Assembly (NCBI GenBank): GCA_014905635.1
Contig: JABVCE010000012.1
Span: 62,001-126,000 of the forward strand
Length of the DNA stretch: 64,000 bases
Source of the DNA: Scenedesmus sp. PABB004
Lineage: Eukaryota
Reading direction: 5' to 3'
The notes below the pieces were generated by a model. It made no database searches, was not told the DNA's origin, and worked only from the letters and a program-made list of their open reading frames with translations. Of this stretch, positions 1 to 11,345 are shown in pieces. How positions within the stretch are numbered: the first letter of the stretch is position 1; each line of letters opens with the position of its first letter. The position numbers were made by a program, and so were the translations under genes.

Positions 1-492
1 GCCCCAGTGCTGCTGCCGCGCCGGCTGCTGCTGCTGCTGCTGCCGCTGCTGCTGCTCGTCCGGCTGCTGCTGCTGCGCCTGCTGCTGCTGCTGCTCCAGC
101 CGCTGCTCCAGCCGCTGCTGCTCCGCCTGCTGCTCCCCTCCCCCCTCCACCTGGCAGCAAGCTCCCCCGGCCAGCGGTGCGGGCGCCGGCGCCGGCGCAG
201 CGGGGTTGCACGTGTGCGCCGCTGCGCCGCCGGCCTCCCCGCCCTCCGCGCCTGCGCCCGGCGGCGCACCGCGGCCGCCGTGCCGCGCCAGCAGCAGGTC
301 GCTGAGGTCGGTGTAGCGCGCCCGTGCCGCCGCGCGCGCGCCCTCCCAGCTGCGGCCGGCGCCGGCGCCCCCGCGCGGCGCTGCGCCGCAGCCCGGGCCG
401 GAGCACCCCGCGCCGCGCGGCGCCGCGCCCCACGCAAGCAGGGCCAGGCCCAGCAGCAGCAGCCGCGGCAGGGCGCGCCCCGGGGCGCGCAT
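1..492 (-). CDS. 5' part of a putative secreted/membrane protein running off the left edge
   Basis: Minus-strand ATG at 492 reads MRAPGRALPRLLLLGLALLAWGAAP (signal-peptide-like), followed by low-complexity CAG-rich sequence; no recognisable domain. Confidence 0.35.
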   Translation of the reverse strand, partial: MRAPGRALPRLLLLGLALLAWGAAPRGAGCSGPGCGAAPRGGAGAGRSWEGARAAARARYTDLSDLLLARHGGRGAPPGAGAEGGEAGGAAAHTCNPAAPAPAPAPLAGGACCQVEGGGEQQAEQQRLEQRLEQQQQQAQQQQPDEQQQRQQQQQQPARQQHWG

Positions 493-2069
493 GCTGCCCG
501 CCCGCTCGCACGGGGCGGCTGTCGATCGACGACGGGACAGCACGGCGGCGGTCGGTGCGGCGCGGCGACTTGTCGCGGCGCCCTCTGTTTGGGAGAGGAT
601 CGAGGAGAGTGGTGCGTGGGCAACGGCGCGTCGCTGGGGCGGGGGCGGGGCTCAGAAAACGAACCCAAGCGACTCACGGCAGCGGCGTCGCTTTTTTGTG
701 CCGCCCCCGCGCCGCCGCCGCCGCCCGCAGGGCCGCTCGCCTAGCCCGTGCACTTAGCGGACCGGCCCGGCCGTCGGGGGCAGCAGGTCCGCGCCCCGCC
801 TGGCCAGCGGCGCCGCGGGCGAGGGGCGGGCGGCGGCGACCGGCGGCGGCAGTGCGTGCGGAGGTGTGGGGCCACAGCCGGCCGGATATCATGCTGGGAT
901 GCTGAGGGCGTGGCAGGGGTGCTGAGCGTCACGGCAGCTGTGGGCGGCAGCTGTGGGCGGCACCTGCGCCAGCAGCGGCGCAGAGCAGTGGGCGCCGCCC
1001 GGTGAGCTTGCGCCGCCGAGCTGAGCGTGTCACCTATCGGCATCGATCGGCTTGACACCACAGAGGGCAGGCGCGCTGGCTCCCACCACCACCGGCGGCG
1101 GCAGCAGCGCCGATGCCGGGGGCAGCGGAGCGCACACACGCGGCGAGGTTGCTGCCCGGCGGCAGGCCCCTAACGGGCGTGGCTGCTAGCACAGAGCAGC
1201 TCCGCCGAGGCGAGGGGCGCGACAGCGTCGCCGTGCTGCGATCGGTGTTCGCAGGGCGTCAGATGCGCAGTGATGACCCGGCGCCCGCGGACAGCAGGCG
1301 CCCACGCGCGGGCGCGCCAAGGCATCGATCTCCGCGTACTGGACGCTGTGCGTGCGTCGCAGGGGCGCGCAGCGCCGAGCGCCGCGCGCGAAAACGCGGC
1401 GACCGGCCGATGCGGCGCAGCGCGGCGTCCGGCGCGGGCTTCGTGCGCCGAAAAATGCATGGCGCCCCAAATGAAAACATTTGGAGCGCACGCCGTAGCT
1501 GTTGCGGCGGCAGCGAGGGAGGGGTCGTATTTGTCCGCAAAGGCGACCGCATGTTACGTCCGCTGCTGTTGCGCGGGCGAGCTCGAGGTGCTTCTCCTGA
1601 CCGCTTCTCCGCAGCCCGCACTCGCACCCGGACCGGCACGCCCAGGCGCACGCTGCGCGCCGCGACCGCGTCGCAGTCGCCCCTCCAGCGGCCGCCCCGG
1701 TGAGCGGATGGTCCGGCGCCCGAGGGCGGCGGCTGCGCGGGCAGGCCATGCGGTCGTGGCCGGCGCGGGAGCTGCCCGCGCGCAGGCAGCGCGGCGCGCG
1801 GGCGTGGGCGGGCGCGCGACGCCAGGGCGGGCGCCCGGCGCCGCCTGAGCGCTGGGCCGCCCTGCAGCGCGGGGTCGGCCTGATCGCGGTCAGGGGGCGG
1901 CGTGTGCGGCAGTGCGGGCTCGGCAGCGCCGCGCCAGAAGCTGACGGCGCGAACTCGCCGCCCTGCCGGCCTCGCGTTCGTGCCGCCCCGCGCTGACCCG
2001 CCCGCGCGCTCCCCGACCGCAGGTCGCGCACGCCTGCCGCGTACGGGCCTCGCTGCGGCGCGAGCGAGC

Positions 2070-5000
2070 ATGGCACCCGCCGCGCGGCTCGCGCTCGCCC
2101 TGGCGGCGGCGCTGCTGCCGCTGAGCGCGGTGGCGCAGAGCTGCAGCACCAACTGCGACCTGTACAAGCGCAACAATGGCTGCGTCACGTACGCCTGCAG
2201 CTGCGACGCAAATGGCAACTACAACCTGCGCTGGAAGCTCACGGCAAGCCTGCGATGGCGGGGGCGACGAGGGCCTGGCTGCACGCGCGCGGGCACGACG
2301 ACCCACCGTGCCCGCCCCCGCCCGCGCGCGCGCAGGGCACCGGCACCGGCTGCAAGTCGTCCATCTCGTGGGCCTGCTGCAACCAGGGCGTCGCGGGCTT
2401 TCAGCCGGCCATCAACAACCGCTGCACGAATGCCAAGTGCGACACCGGCTCCGCGTCCAACAACTACTGCGACAGCGTGTCGGGCATGAACTACACCATC
2501 CCTGCCGGCAGCAACCGCGCCATCTGGTACCTCCACGACGGCCAGTTTGACGGCAACGTGGAATGGCCCTACCAAGGTGCGCGCGCGGGCACGCCACGTG
2601 CGCTGGAGCCGCACCGCGCCGTGCCACGCCGAGCCCCCGGCTGTCCCCGCGTGCGCAGGCAACTCCAACGCGCCGTGCGGCGGCGGCTCCGGCGGCGCCA
2701 AATGCCAGTCCAACGTGTGTGAGCTGCGGGTGAAGCTGCAGGGCGGCGACGGCACCGCCAAGTGCCCGCCCTGCGACGGCAGCAACCCGGCCCCGCCGCC
2801 CACACCCGCGGTGAGCGCCGCGCCCGGCGGCGTGGCCGGCCAGCGCCGCGCCCGCCGCGCGCGGCGCCGACGCCGCGCCGGCCCTGCTCACCGCTGGGCG
2901 CGCTGCTGCCACGCCACGCCGCGCGCGCGCGCAGAAGTGTAGCACGTACTCGTGCACCGCCGGCACCCGCATCGACGGCAACATCGACTGCGACGCCAGC
3001 GGCTGCACCAACGCAAAGTGCTGCCAGGGCACCACGCCTCCCACGGCACGTGGCTGCGGCGCCGGCCGCCGCGCGCGCGCGCGCGGGCGCCGGCAGGCCG
3101 CACGGCGCTGCGCCGCTGCCGCCGCGGCCGCCTGCCTGCGCGCTGGCGGCCGCGCCCTGCTCACCGCCGGGCGCGCTGCCGTGCCGCCTCGCTCGCGCAG
3201 ACGTGCACGACTGGGTTTGCCTGCATTGACCCCCGCAAGCCCAAGGCCGGCACCGTTGAGTGCCCCACCGGCACCTGCACCGACGCCATCTGCTGCGAGG
3301 GCCCGCCCCCGGTGAGCGCGCGCCGACGCGGCGGTGACGAGATCCGCGCTGCGGCGCAGCGCCACGCCTCTGCCCGCCGCACGGGCCCTGCTTGTCACCA
3401 GCGGGGGCGGCACGCTGCCTGCCGCGCCGCGCGCAGACGTGCGCCTCGTACGTGTGCCCCAGTGGCTTCTCCAAGAAGACGACCCCCACCGCGTGCGCGG
3501 CCGGCGGCTGCCTGTCCAGCAACTGCTGCGAGGCAACCACTCCCGGCGGCACCACTCCCACGGTGGGCTGGCGGGGTGGTCGCGGGGGCACGGGCACGGG
3601 GGAGGGGGGCGTCGGACACCGCAGCTTGGCGGCGGGGGCGATGGCGCCACCACCGCTGCCCGCGTGCCGGCGGCTGCGCAGCTGCGCGGACACGCTGCTG
3701 CGCGAGCACGCCGCGCGGGCCGCGGCCTGCTGACCGCTGCGCGCGCGGCTGCCCCGCCCTCGCGCGCAGACGTGCGGGACGGACTCGCCGTCGTCGTACA
3801 GCTGCATTGCGCCCCGCACGCTCAAGGTCGGCGCCTTTGAGTGCGGCGCCAGCAGCAGCGCCTGCACTGACGCCCTCTGCTGCGAGGGCTCAACCCCTCC
3901 GGTGAGCGCGCGCCGGCGTGGGCGCGACCGAGCCGTGCAGCACGCGCTTCGTCGTCGCAGCGCAGCCCCTGGCCGCCGGACGCGCCCAGCTGCTCACCAG
4001 CGGGGGCGTGCTGCCTGCTGCACCGCGCGCAGACGTGCGCCTCGTACACGTGCCCGGGCGGCTCCTCCAACGCGGCGACCCCTTCCCCGTGCGCGGCCAG
4101 CGGCTGCGTGTTTGACAACTGCTGCAACCTGACCCCCGCCTCCGTGGTGAGTGGGCCGGGCGCGGCAACAGAGGCCTCAACCTTGCATCAGCCGCGCGCA
4201 TGCTGCGCCCCGTCCCGCGCGTGCAGCGCCCTGTCGGCCCGCGCTTGCTGTCGCACGGCCACCTTCCTCACCGCTCGGCGCTCTGCCCCCCCCCCCTTTC
4301 CCTCCCCCGTGCGCAGCTGACGTGCGACACCTACCCCTGCGCCCCTGGCACGGGCACCAACCGGGGCAGCAGCGTCACCTGCGCCCCCGGCGGCTGCGAC
4401 GGCACGACCTGCTGCGACCCCGCCGCCGCCCCTCCCCCTCCCCCCAAGGTGCGTGGCTGCAGCGCTGGCCGACGGACGGCGGCGCGTGCAGGCTGCTGAT
4501 CTGTGTGGCCGCGAGCCGCGGCGCGATGTATGCAGCCGCGCGGGCAGCGCCACCCCCGCCGCCGCGCGGCCGCCCAACTCGACGCTGCGCGCGCCGCTGC
4601 CGCCCCGGCGTGTGCGCAGCTGACGTGCGCCAACTACACGTGCGGCCCCAACGACGGCAACAGCAAGGGCAGCGGCGTCCCCTGCGCCGACGCCGGCTGC
4701 ACCGCCTCTGACTGCTGCACCGGCGCTCCCGCTCCCAAGGTGTGTGGCTGGAGCGCTGGCTGCTGATCTGTGGCGGCAAGCCGCGGCGTGGCGCAGCCAC
4801 GCGGGCAGTGCCTCCCCCGTCCCGCCGCGGGGCCGCCCGGCTCGACGCTGTGCGCGCCGCTGCCGCCCCCATGTGTCCGCAGACGTGCGGCACGTACACC
4901 TGCACCTCGGGCGCGAGCAAGGGCCCCAACGTCCCCTGCTCCGGCAGCAGCTGCACCGCCTCGGAGTGCTGCGACCCTGCCATCCCCATCACGGTGCGCG

Positions 5001-8000
5001 GCGGCGGCGCTGGCGCAGCGCACATGCCGGCGCGCATCGCAGGCCGGGCAGCCGCGTGATGCGGCTGCGCCCCCTTCACCGCACCTCTTGCGCCGCCGCG
5101 CGGCCGCCGTGGTTCACCGCCGCGTCCGCCCGCCGCCGCCGCCGCCCGGCGCCGGGCGCAGACGTGCGACGCCGCCAACTACGTCTGCCCTGACGGCTAC
5201 CAGCGCAAGGCTGGCAACATCACGTGCCCCGGCACGTGCGGCAACGGGCTCTGCTGCGAGCTCATCATCCCTCCCCCGGTGCGCGGCTGCACAGCTGTGG
5301 CCGGCGCGCGGCGCCAGGCACCGCCGGCGCGCGGCCGCGGCCAGCGCCCGCCCCGCCGCCGCGTCGCGCGTGCGCTGCCGGCTGCTCACCGCCGGGCGCG
5401 CTGGTGCACCCTGCCCCTCGCGCGCGCGCAGAAGTGCGACACATACACTTGCACTCCCCCCGGCTCCAGCCCCAAGCCCAGCCCCAGCACGCGCTCGTGC
5501 AGCACCGGCGTCTGTGACTTTGACACCTGCTGCGCGTTCAACCCCCCCACGGTGAGAGAGAGAGAAAAGGCGCATGGGCCGGGGCGCGGCACGCGCTCGC
5601 CCGCGCGTGCGCGCGGCCACGCGCCCCGCCGCGCCCTTGTTCACCCGCTTGCCCCGCTCCGCCGCTGCCGCTCCGCGCGCGCTCCGCAGTTCTGCTCCGC
5701 CGCGGTCGGCTGCAGCGGCGCGACGCCGACGCTCCGCGACGGCACGCAGTGCGAGCCCGCCGGCTGCACCAAGTCGACGTGCTGCGGCGCCGCCGCCATC
5801 CTGCCGACGTCGCTGCCCACGTGCGGCGACTACTACGGCGTGACTTACCCGCTCTGCCCCTCCGGCAGCGCGTACAACCCCGCCGCCGCCGACATGGTCG
5901 CCGACAGCCCTAGCACCTGCTGCTCGCCCACGTGCGGCAACTTCCAGGCGTCCATCGCCCCGGTGCGCTACCCCTGCGACGCCCTGTCCGACTACACCGG
6001 CCCGGACAGCAAGACCAGCCCCTCGGCGGACGCGTGCTGCACGCCCAAGCCCAAGCTGCCGCCGGCGGTCGCGACGAACGACGTGCGCATCACCAAGACC
6101 GGCCCGTCCGTGCCGGTCAACGTGAGCTCCTTGCTTGACTTTACGTTCACGGTCGAGGTGGTCAGCAGCGGCGCCGGCGGCGTGCCGAGCGTCGACTTCA
6201 GCGACACCCTGCCCGACGGCTTTGTCTTCTCTGACGTCCCCCCCGCCCAGGGTGCGCGCGCGGCGCGGCGGGGGTGCCTCGGGCGCCACGCCGCGCGCGG
6301 CCGCGGCGTGGCGCGGGCGCCCGCGCGGCGCGCCCACGCCCGCCCCGCCGCGCCGCCGCCGCCGCGCCGCAGGCTGCACGTACACCGGCCCTCGCTTCGT
6401 GGCCTGCACGCTGACCAACCTGGGGCCCAACAGCAAGACCACGTTCAATATCAACGTGCGCGCGGTGATGGCGGGCACCTGGCGCAACACGGCCGTCGTG
6501 CTCGGCGATGACGAGCGCACCGGCGGCAACAACAAGGACAGCGCGGACGTGGTTGTGCTGGTGCGCCGCCGCCGCCGCCGCCGGCAGCGCGCGCCGCGCC
6601 GCGCCGTGGCGGCGGCCTGGCACCCGCCCTTCCTCGTCCGTCCGGTCTCCAGAGAAGCGCCCTGCCCTGACCGCCCTGCGGCCCCGGCGTCCCGCCCCGC
6701 ACCGCGCCCGCGCGCAGGGCTCCTGCTGCAGCACGGTAGTTGGCCAGCCCGCGTGCACGTACGTGCGCGGCACGCAGCAGTGCCCCGACTCGTTCGTCCC
6801 TGACAAGGACTGCACCCAGGGCGCGTGCGCGGTGCTGTCGCAGCCCGGCGCGCCGCCGCCGCCCGACCGCCCGGCGACGTGCGCCGACACCGTGCCCGGG
6901 TCCGACCCGCCGATCAAGTTCGGCACCTGCCCCAAGTTCACGACCTACGACCCCTCCAAGGCCGGCGTGTCGCCGCCGAGCCCAGGCAACTGCTGCACCA
7001 AGACCTGCGGCAACTTCCTGGGCCTCGAGCCGCCGCTGCCGTTCCCCTGCAGCATCATCACCGACTACGACGCGACCAAGAACAGCGCCGGCAGCCCCAG
7101 CCAGGCGACCTGCTGCAAGGAGAAGACGCTGAGCCCCGAGTCGACCAACGACCTCAAGCTCACCAAGACCGGGCCCACCGCGCCGGTCAACGTGGGCGAC
7201 GAGTTTGACTTTAACGTCAAGATCGAGATCCTCAGCTCCGCGCTCGAGGGCGTGGCCAACGTGCGCTTCAGCGACACCATGCCCGAGGGCTTTAAGTTTG
7301 CCGCCGCCGCGCCCGACGGTGCGCGCCGCCGCTGACTGCCGCTGACTGCCGCGCCCGCCGCAAACCGCTCCCGCGCCGCGCCGCCGCGCGCCGCGCCGTC
7401 GCGAGGGCCCGGTCGCTGACCGGCTGTCCCTGCGCCGCGTGCCGCCCGCGCGCGCGCCCAACCCCACACAGGCTGCAAGTACACCTCGGACCGCTCGATC
7501 GAGTGCAACTTTGGCACGCTGACCACGACGAAGGAGTTCAAGCTGCGCGTGCGCGCGATGCTCGCGGGCGTGTGGACCAACAACGCGGCCGTGTCGAGCG
7601 ACAAGGAGGTGCCCGACAGCAACAACGAGGACGGTCACACCGTCCTCATCCTGGTGCGCCGCGCCGCGCCGCGTTCCCCGCTGCGCCGCCCTCGCCGCCG
7701 CGCCGCTCTCCCTGCCGCCGCGCCCGCCGCCGCGGCGCGTGGCCCCCGCCGCTGGCTCACCCGCGCCCCGCCCGCCGCCCGCGCCCCGCCCGCCGCCCGC
7801 GCCGCGCCGCGCCGCTCGCCAGGGCGCGTGCTGCGACGCGAGCCTGGGCCAGCCCTACTTCTGCTCCTTTTTGAACGCCAGCTCCTGCTTCGGCACATTC
7901 CTGAAGGACCGCCCCTGCAGCCTGGCGGCCTGCCCCTCGCTGCCCTTCCCCGGCGGGCCCGCGACCTGCGCCAACACCGCGCCGGGGAGCGGCGCGCTCG

Positions 8001-9658
8001 TCGCGTACAAGTGCAAGCGCGGCACCGTGCCCAAGCCCTCCCCCGGCAGCGCGGCGCCGAGCGACACCGCGTGCTGCCTGCCGACGTGCAGCAACACCGA
8101 CGTCACGTCCACCAAGCCCAAGAAGTACGCCTGCGACGCCGGGCTGGAGGCAAGCGACAACCCGCTCGCGACGCCGCCCAACCGCGTCACCTGCTGCATC
8201 GACCCCGCCAACCCCAACGACGTCCCCGACGTCTCCATCGTCAAGACCACGCGCGGCCCCAAGAGCGTGCCCGTCGGCGGCAACCTTACCTTTGTCCTCA
8301 CCGTGCGCGCCGTTTCGGGCCTCTCCGGCCCGGACAACGTCGCCGTCGTCGACGCGCTGCCGGTGGGCCTCGTCCCGCTGATCGTGGAGCCCGTCAGCCT
8401 CGGTGCGCCGCGCCCGCGCCGCGCCCGCGGCGCCCGCGGCGCCCCCTTGGCCTGCGCCGCGCGCGCCGCGCCGCGCCGCGCCGCCCGCGCCGACCTGCCC
8501 CCGCGCCGCCGCCCGCGCCGCCGCCCGCCAGGCTGCACCATCTCCGGCCAGGAGGTGCTGTGCAACATCAAGCACATGGACTACGGCGAGGAGGTGGTCA
8601 TCACCATCACCGCCGCCGCGCGGCAGGCCGGTGACTTTGTCAACACCGCGGTCGTCAAGCTGCCCGACGACAGCGACCCGAACAACGACAACGGCAAGAC
8701 GCCCGTCACCGTCACGGGCGCCTGCTGCGTCGGCGCGCGCGCGCGCGCCACGACGCGCGCCGCGTGCGGCCGCGCCGGGGGCGTGTTCTTTGCCGACAAG
8801 GGCGTGCGCCAGGTGGTCTGCCGCCAGGCCACGGGCTCCTGCTGCATGGCCGACGGCAGCTGCAGCCTCGTACCGTCCAGCGCGTGCGCGACCATGAACG
8901 GCACGTGGTCCGCGGGCGGCAGCTGCACCTTCGTCAGCTGCCCCCAGCCCCGGGGCGCGTGCTGCCGCACCTCCAGCGGCACCTGCGACCAGACCGTCAA
9001 GGTGCAGTGCCTGGGCGTCTGGACGCAGGGCGCCGCGTGCAGCGACGCGATCTGCAACCCGGTGAGCGCGCGCGCCGCGCGGGGCCACGTGCACGGCCGC
9101 CCGGCGGCGCGGGGGGCACCGGCGCGCGGAACCGCCACCACGCTGCCGCCCACCCGCGCGCGCGCCCGACGCCGCCGGCCCGCCGCCTGCCGCCCGCCGC
9201 AGGTGTGCGGCGCGCCGTTTGCGGCCTGCGAGCCCGGCGTGCCGGACAAGGGGTGCTGCGCCGGCAGCACCTGCAAGCCCGTGGCCCAGGCTTACAAGAA
9301 GTGCCCCGTCACGCACACGTGCCAGCCGGACACGCAGTGCGCCGCGGAGGGCCAGTTGTGCGCATGCAAGGGCGGCGCCGCGTGCTGCGCGGGGCTGCAG
9401 TGCAGCTACAACTGGTACACCAAGCAGGGCACCTGCCAGCCGCCCAAGACCAGCTGCAGCTCCTCGGGCGCCTCGTGCAGCAGCGACAAGGACTGCTGCC
9501 GCGGCCACCACTGCAGCGGCGGCAAGTCCAAGCCGCTGGAGCAGGGCGACTGCAGCAAGTCCTGCGGCACCGACTCGGCGTGCGAGCGCAAGCGCAAGTG
9601 GTGCTGCGCCGCGCTCAAGCGCGCCGTCAAGGCGACCTCGTCGGAGAAGCTCGCCTGA
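2070..9658 (+). CDS. Large multi-exon secreted cysteine-rich modular protein (six-Cys repeats, 3 DUF11-like domains, GxCC repeats, knottin-like C-terminus)
   Basis: Signal peptide MAPAARLALALAAALLPLSAVAQ; about 11 small exons each encoding C-x-C-x-C-x-C-x-CC plus a Pro-rich tail; three DVxITKTGP...FTxTV...FSDTLPxGF...C..GTL...NTAxV...NN domains typical of DUF11; GSCC/GACC repeats; stop at 9658. Confidence 0.8.
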
Positions 9659-11324
9659 GCTGAGGCGCCTCGCGCGCTCGGGGATGAGGGTTAAGGGAAA
9701 TAAGCAGAGGCGCGGGGGCGGCAGCAGCAGCAGTGCTCTGCGCTGACCGCCCCGCCCCGCGCGGCGCCGGTGGAGCGGCGAGGGGACAATGGGGCGCGGC
9801 GCCCGCGGGCGCGCGACGCGCCACCAGCGCGGCATGACTGCACACGAATGAGGCTCGAGGGGACGGGACGGGGCAGGGCTCCCATGCTGGCTCGCTCGGC
9901 TTTTGGAGCCGCGGCGCGCCCACGCGTGCGGGATGCACGCTGCACGGCAGGAGCGGGCGGCGTTGCGCCAACGGCACGCGCCCTCGCCCGCCCTTGGCGG
10001 CCGGGCGTCACTGGTGAATGTCTGCCACGTGCGTTGCGACGCAACGCACTGCGGGGGTGCGCACACAACTTTGCGCAATTTAAAGCAAGAAAGCAGCACG
10101 TCGGGGAGTGCGGCCTGCGGGCCGGGCGTTTGCGGCTCTGCCGGGCGCGCGGCACAGCCGGAACAGTGTGGGCGGACAGGCCGGCGTTGTCTTGGCGACC
10201 GCGGGGCTGGCCTGCGCGCCACCTGCGTCGCCTCGGGCTGGCAGGCCTGGCGGCGGTGCACGGCCAACACATACACTGCATTCGGGCCGGCGGTTCAGAC
10301 GGGCATCGGCCCGTGGTGTGCCCGGCGTGGCTGCGAGTGCTGGCCTGGCCTGTTGCTGGCTGTTGCAGGCTGCGCCAGGACAAGTGTTGCCTGACACAAC
10401 ATAACACACACACACAAAACACCCCAACCAACGCATGACGTGGCGGTGGGGTTGGGGTTTGCAGCGGCGCGGCCGCTGCGGGCTGGACGTGTCCTAAACC
10501 CTGCCTAAACCTTGCCTGGCTGCTCGTGTTGCCCTGCAGTACGGCTGCTCGTGCGGCTGCTGCTTGCTTGTGCAGCTGGCAGCGTGCAGCCGAGCGGGTG
10601 CGTGCGGTCGCGGCGCGCCGGCCAACATAACGTTTTGTTCTGCGCTCACGGCGACGCGTGCAACAACGCGGCCAGCGCAGGAGAGGGGGCGTAGGGGTTG
10701 TTTACCGGTCTGCGGCTGCTGCGTGCAGGCGGGGCCGGCTTGCCGGCCACCTCGCGCGCACTGCTGCAGGCTGGCTGGCGCATGCAGAGTGGAGGTGCGC
10801 CGCCACTCCACAACCGGGGTGGAGGCTGGCTGGCTGGCGCACGCAGAGTAGGGGTGCGCCTCCAAACCACATGAGGCGGCGGGTCTTTCGTGTCTGGGGG
10901 CAGGGGGCAGACTGCTGCTTCGGTCGCGTCACTGTTGCTGTTGCTGTTGCTCTCTCAACAAGGGGGAGGCGGGTCGTTGGCGCGGCTGCTGGCGTGGGGC
11001 CTTCTGGCTCACGCGGCGCCGCCCACTTGCCGGCCCATCGGGGCTGGCTGGCTGCGGTCAGCTCCCAAGGGCACGAGCGATGATACGTGTGTGCGCCATT
11101 GATTGATCACCACGCCACCCGCACCAAAGCATGCCAAGCGCGCAACACCTCAACAACTCGCGCCGGCCCCGCGCTGCCACGCGGCCCCGCCACGTGTGCA
11201 CTGTGCGGGCGCCTCGCTGCGTCGCATGCTGCCCACCAATAACGGCGTAACGTTTGCTTAGCTCTATGACCGCGGCGCTCGCATGGCGCCGCTCTGTGTA
11301 ACACTGCGGGGGAATACACAGCGA

Positions 11325-11329
11325 TTACA
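11325..11329 (-). terminator. TGTAA polyadenylation signal for WDR18
   Basis: TTACA on + (TGTAA on -), about 17 nt after the WDR18 stop; TGTAA is the established chlorophyte poly(A) signal. Confidence 0.55.
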
Positions 11330-11345
11330 GCCGCCGCGCCGCGCC

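Noticed and set aside
10493..10511. Telomere-like CCTAAACC motifs (also near 40745-40780 and 50754-50780)
   Set aside because: Only 1-2 degenerate units; the intronic ones may simply be branch-point-like sequence.
10769..10860. Two imperfect ~33-bp direct repeats in the 9.7-11.3 kb intergenic region
   Set aside because: Only two copies and no associated ORF or recognisable RNA; probably a local duplication.
11075..11110. Possible C/D-box snoRNA (ATGAT...TGA)
   Set aside because: The boxes are non-canonical and there is no terminal stem or evident guide sequence.
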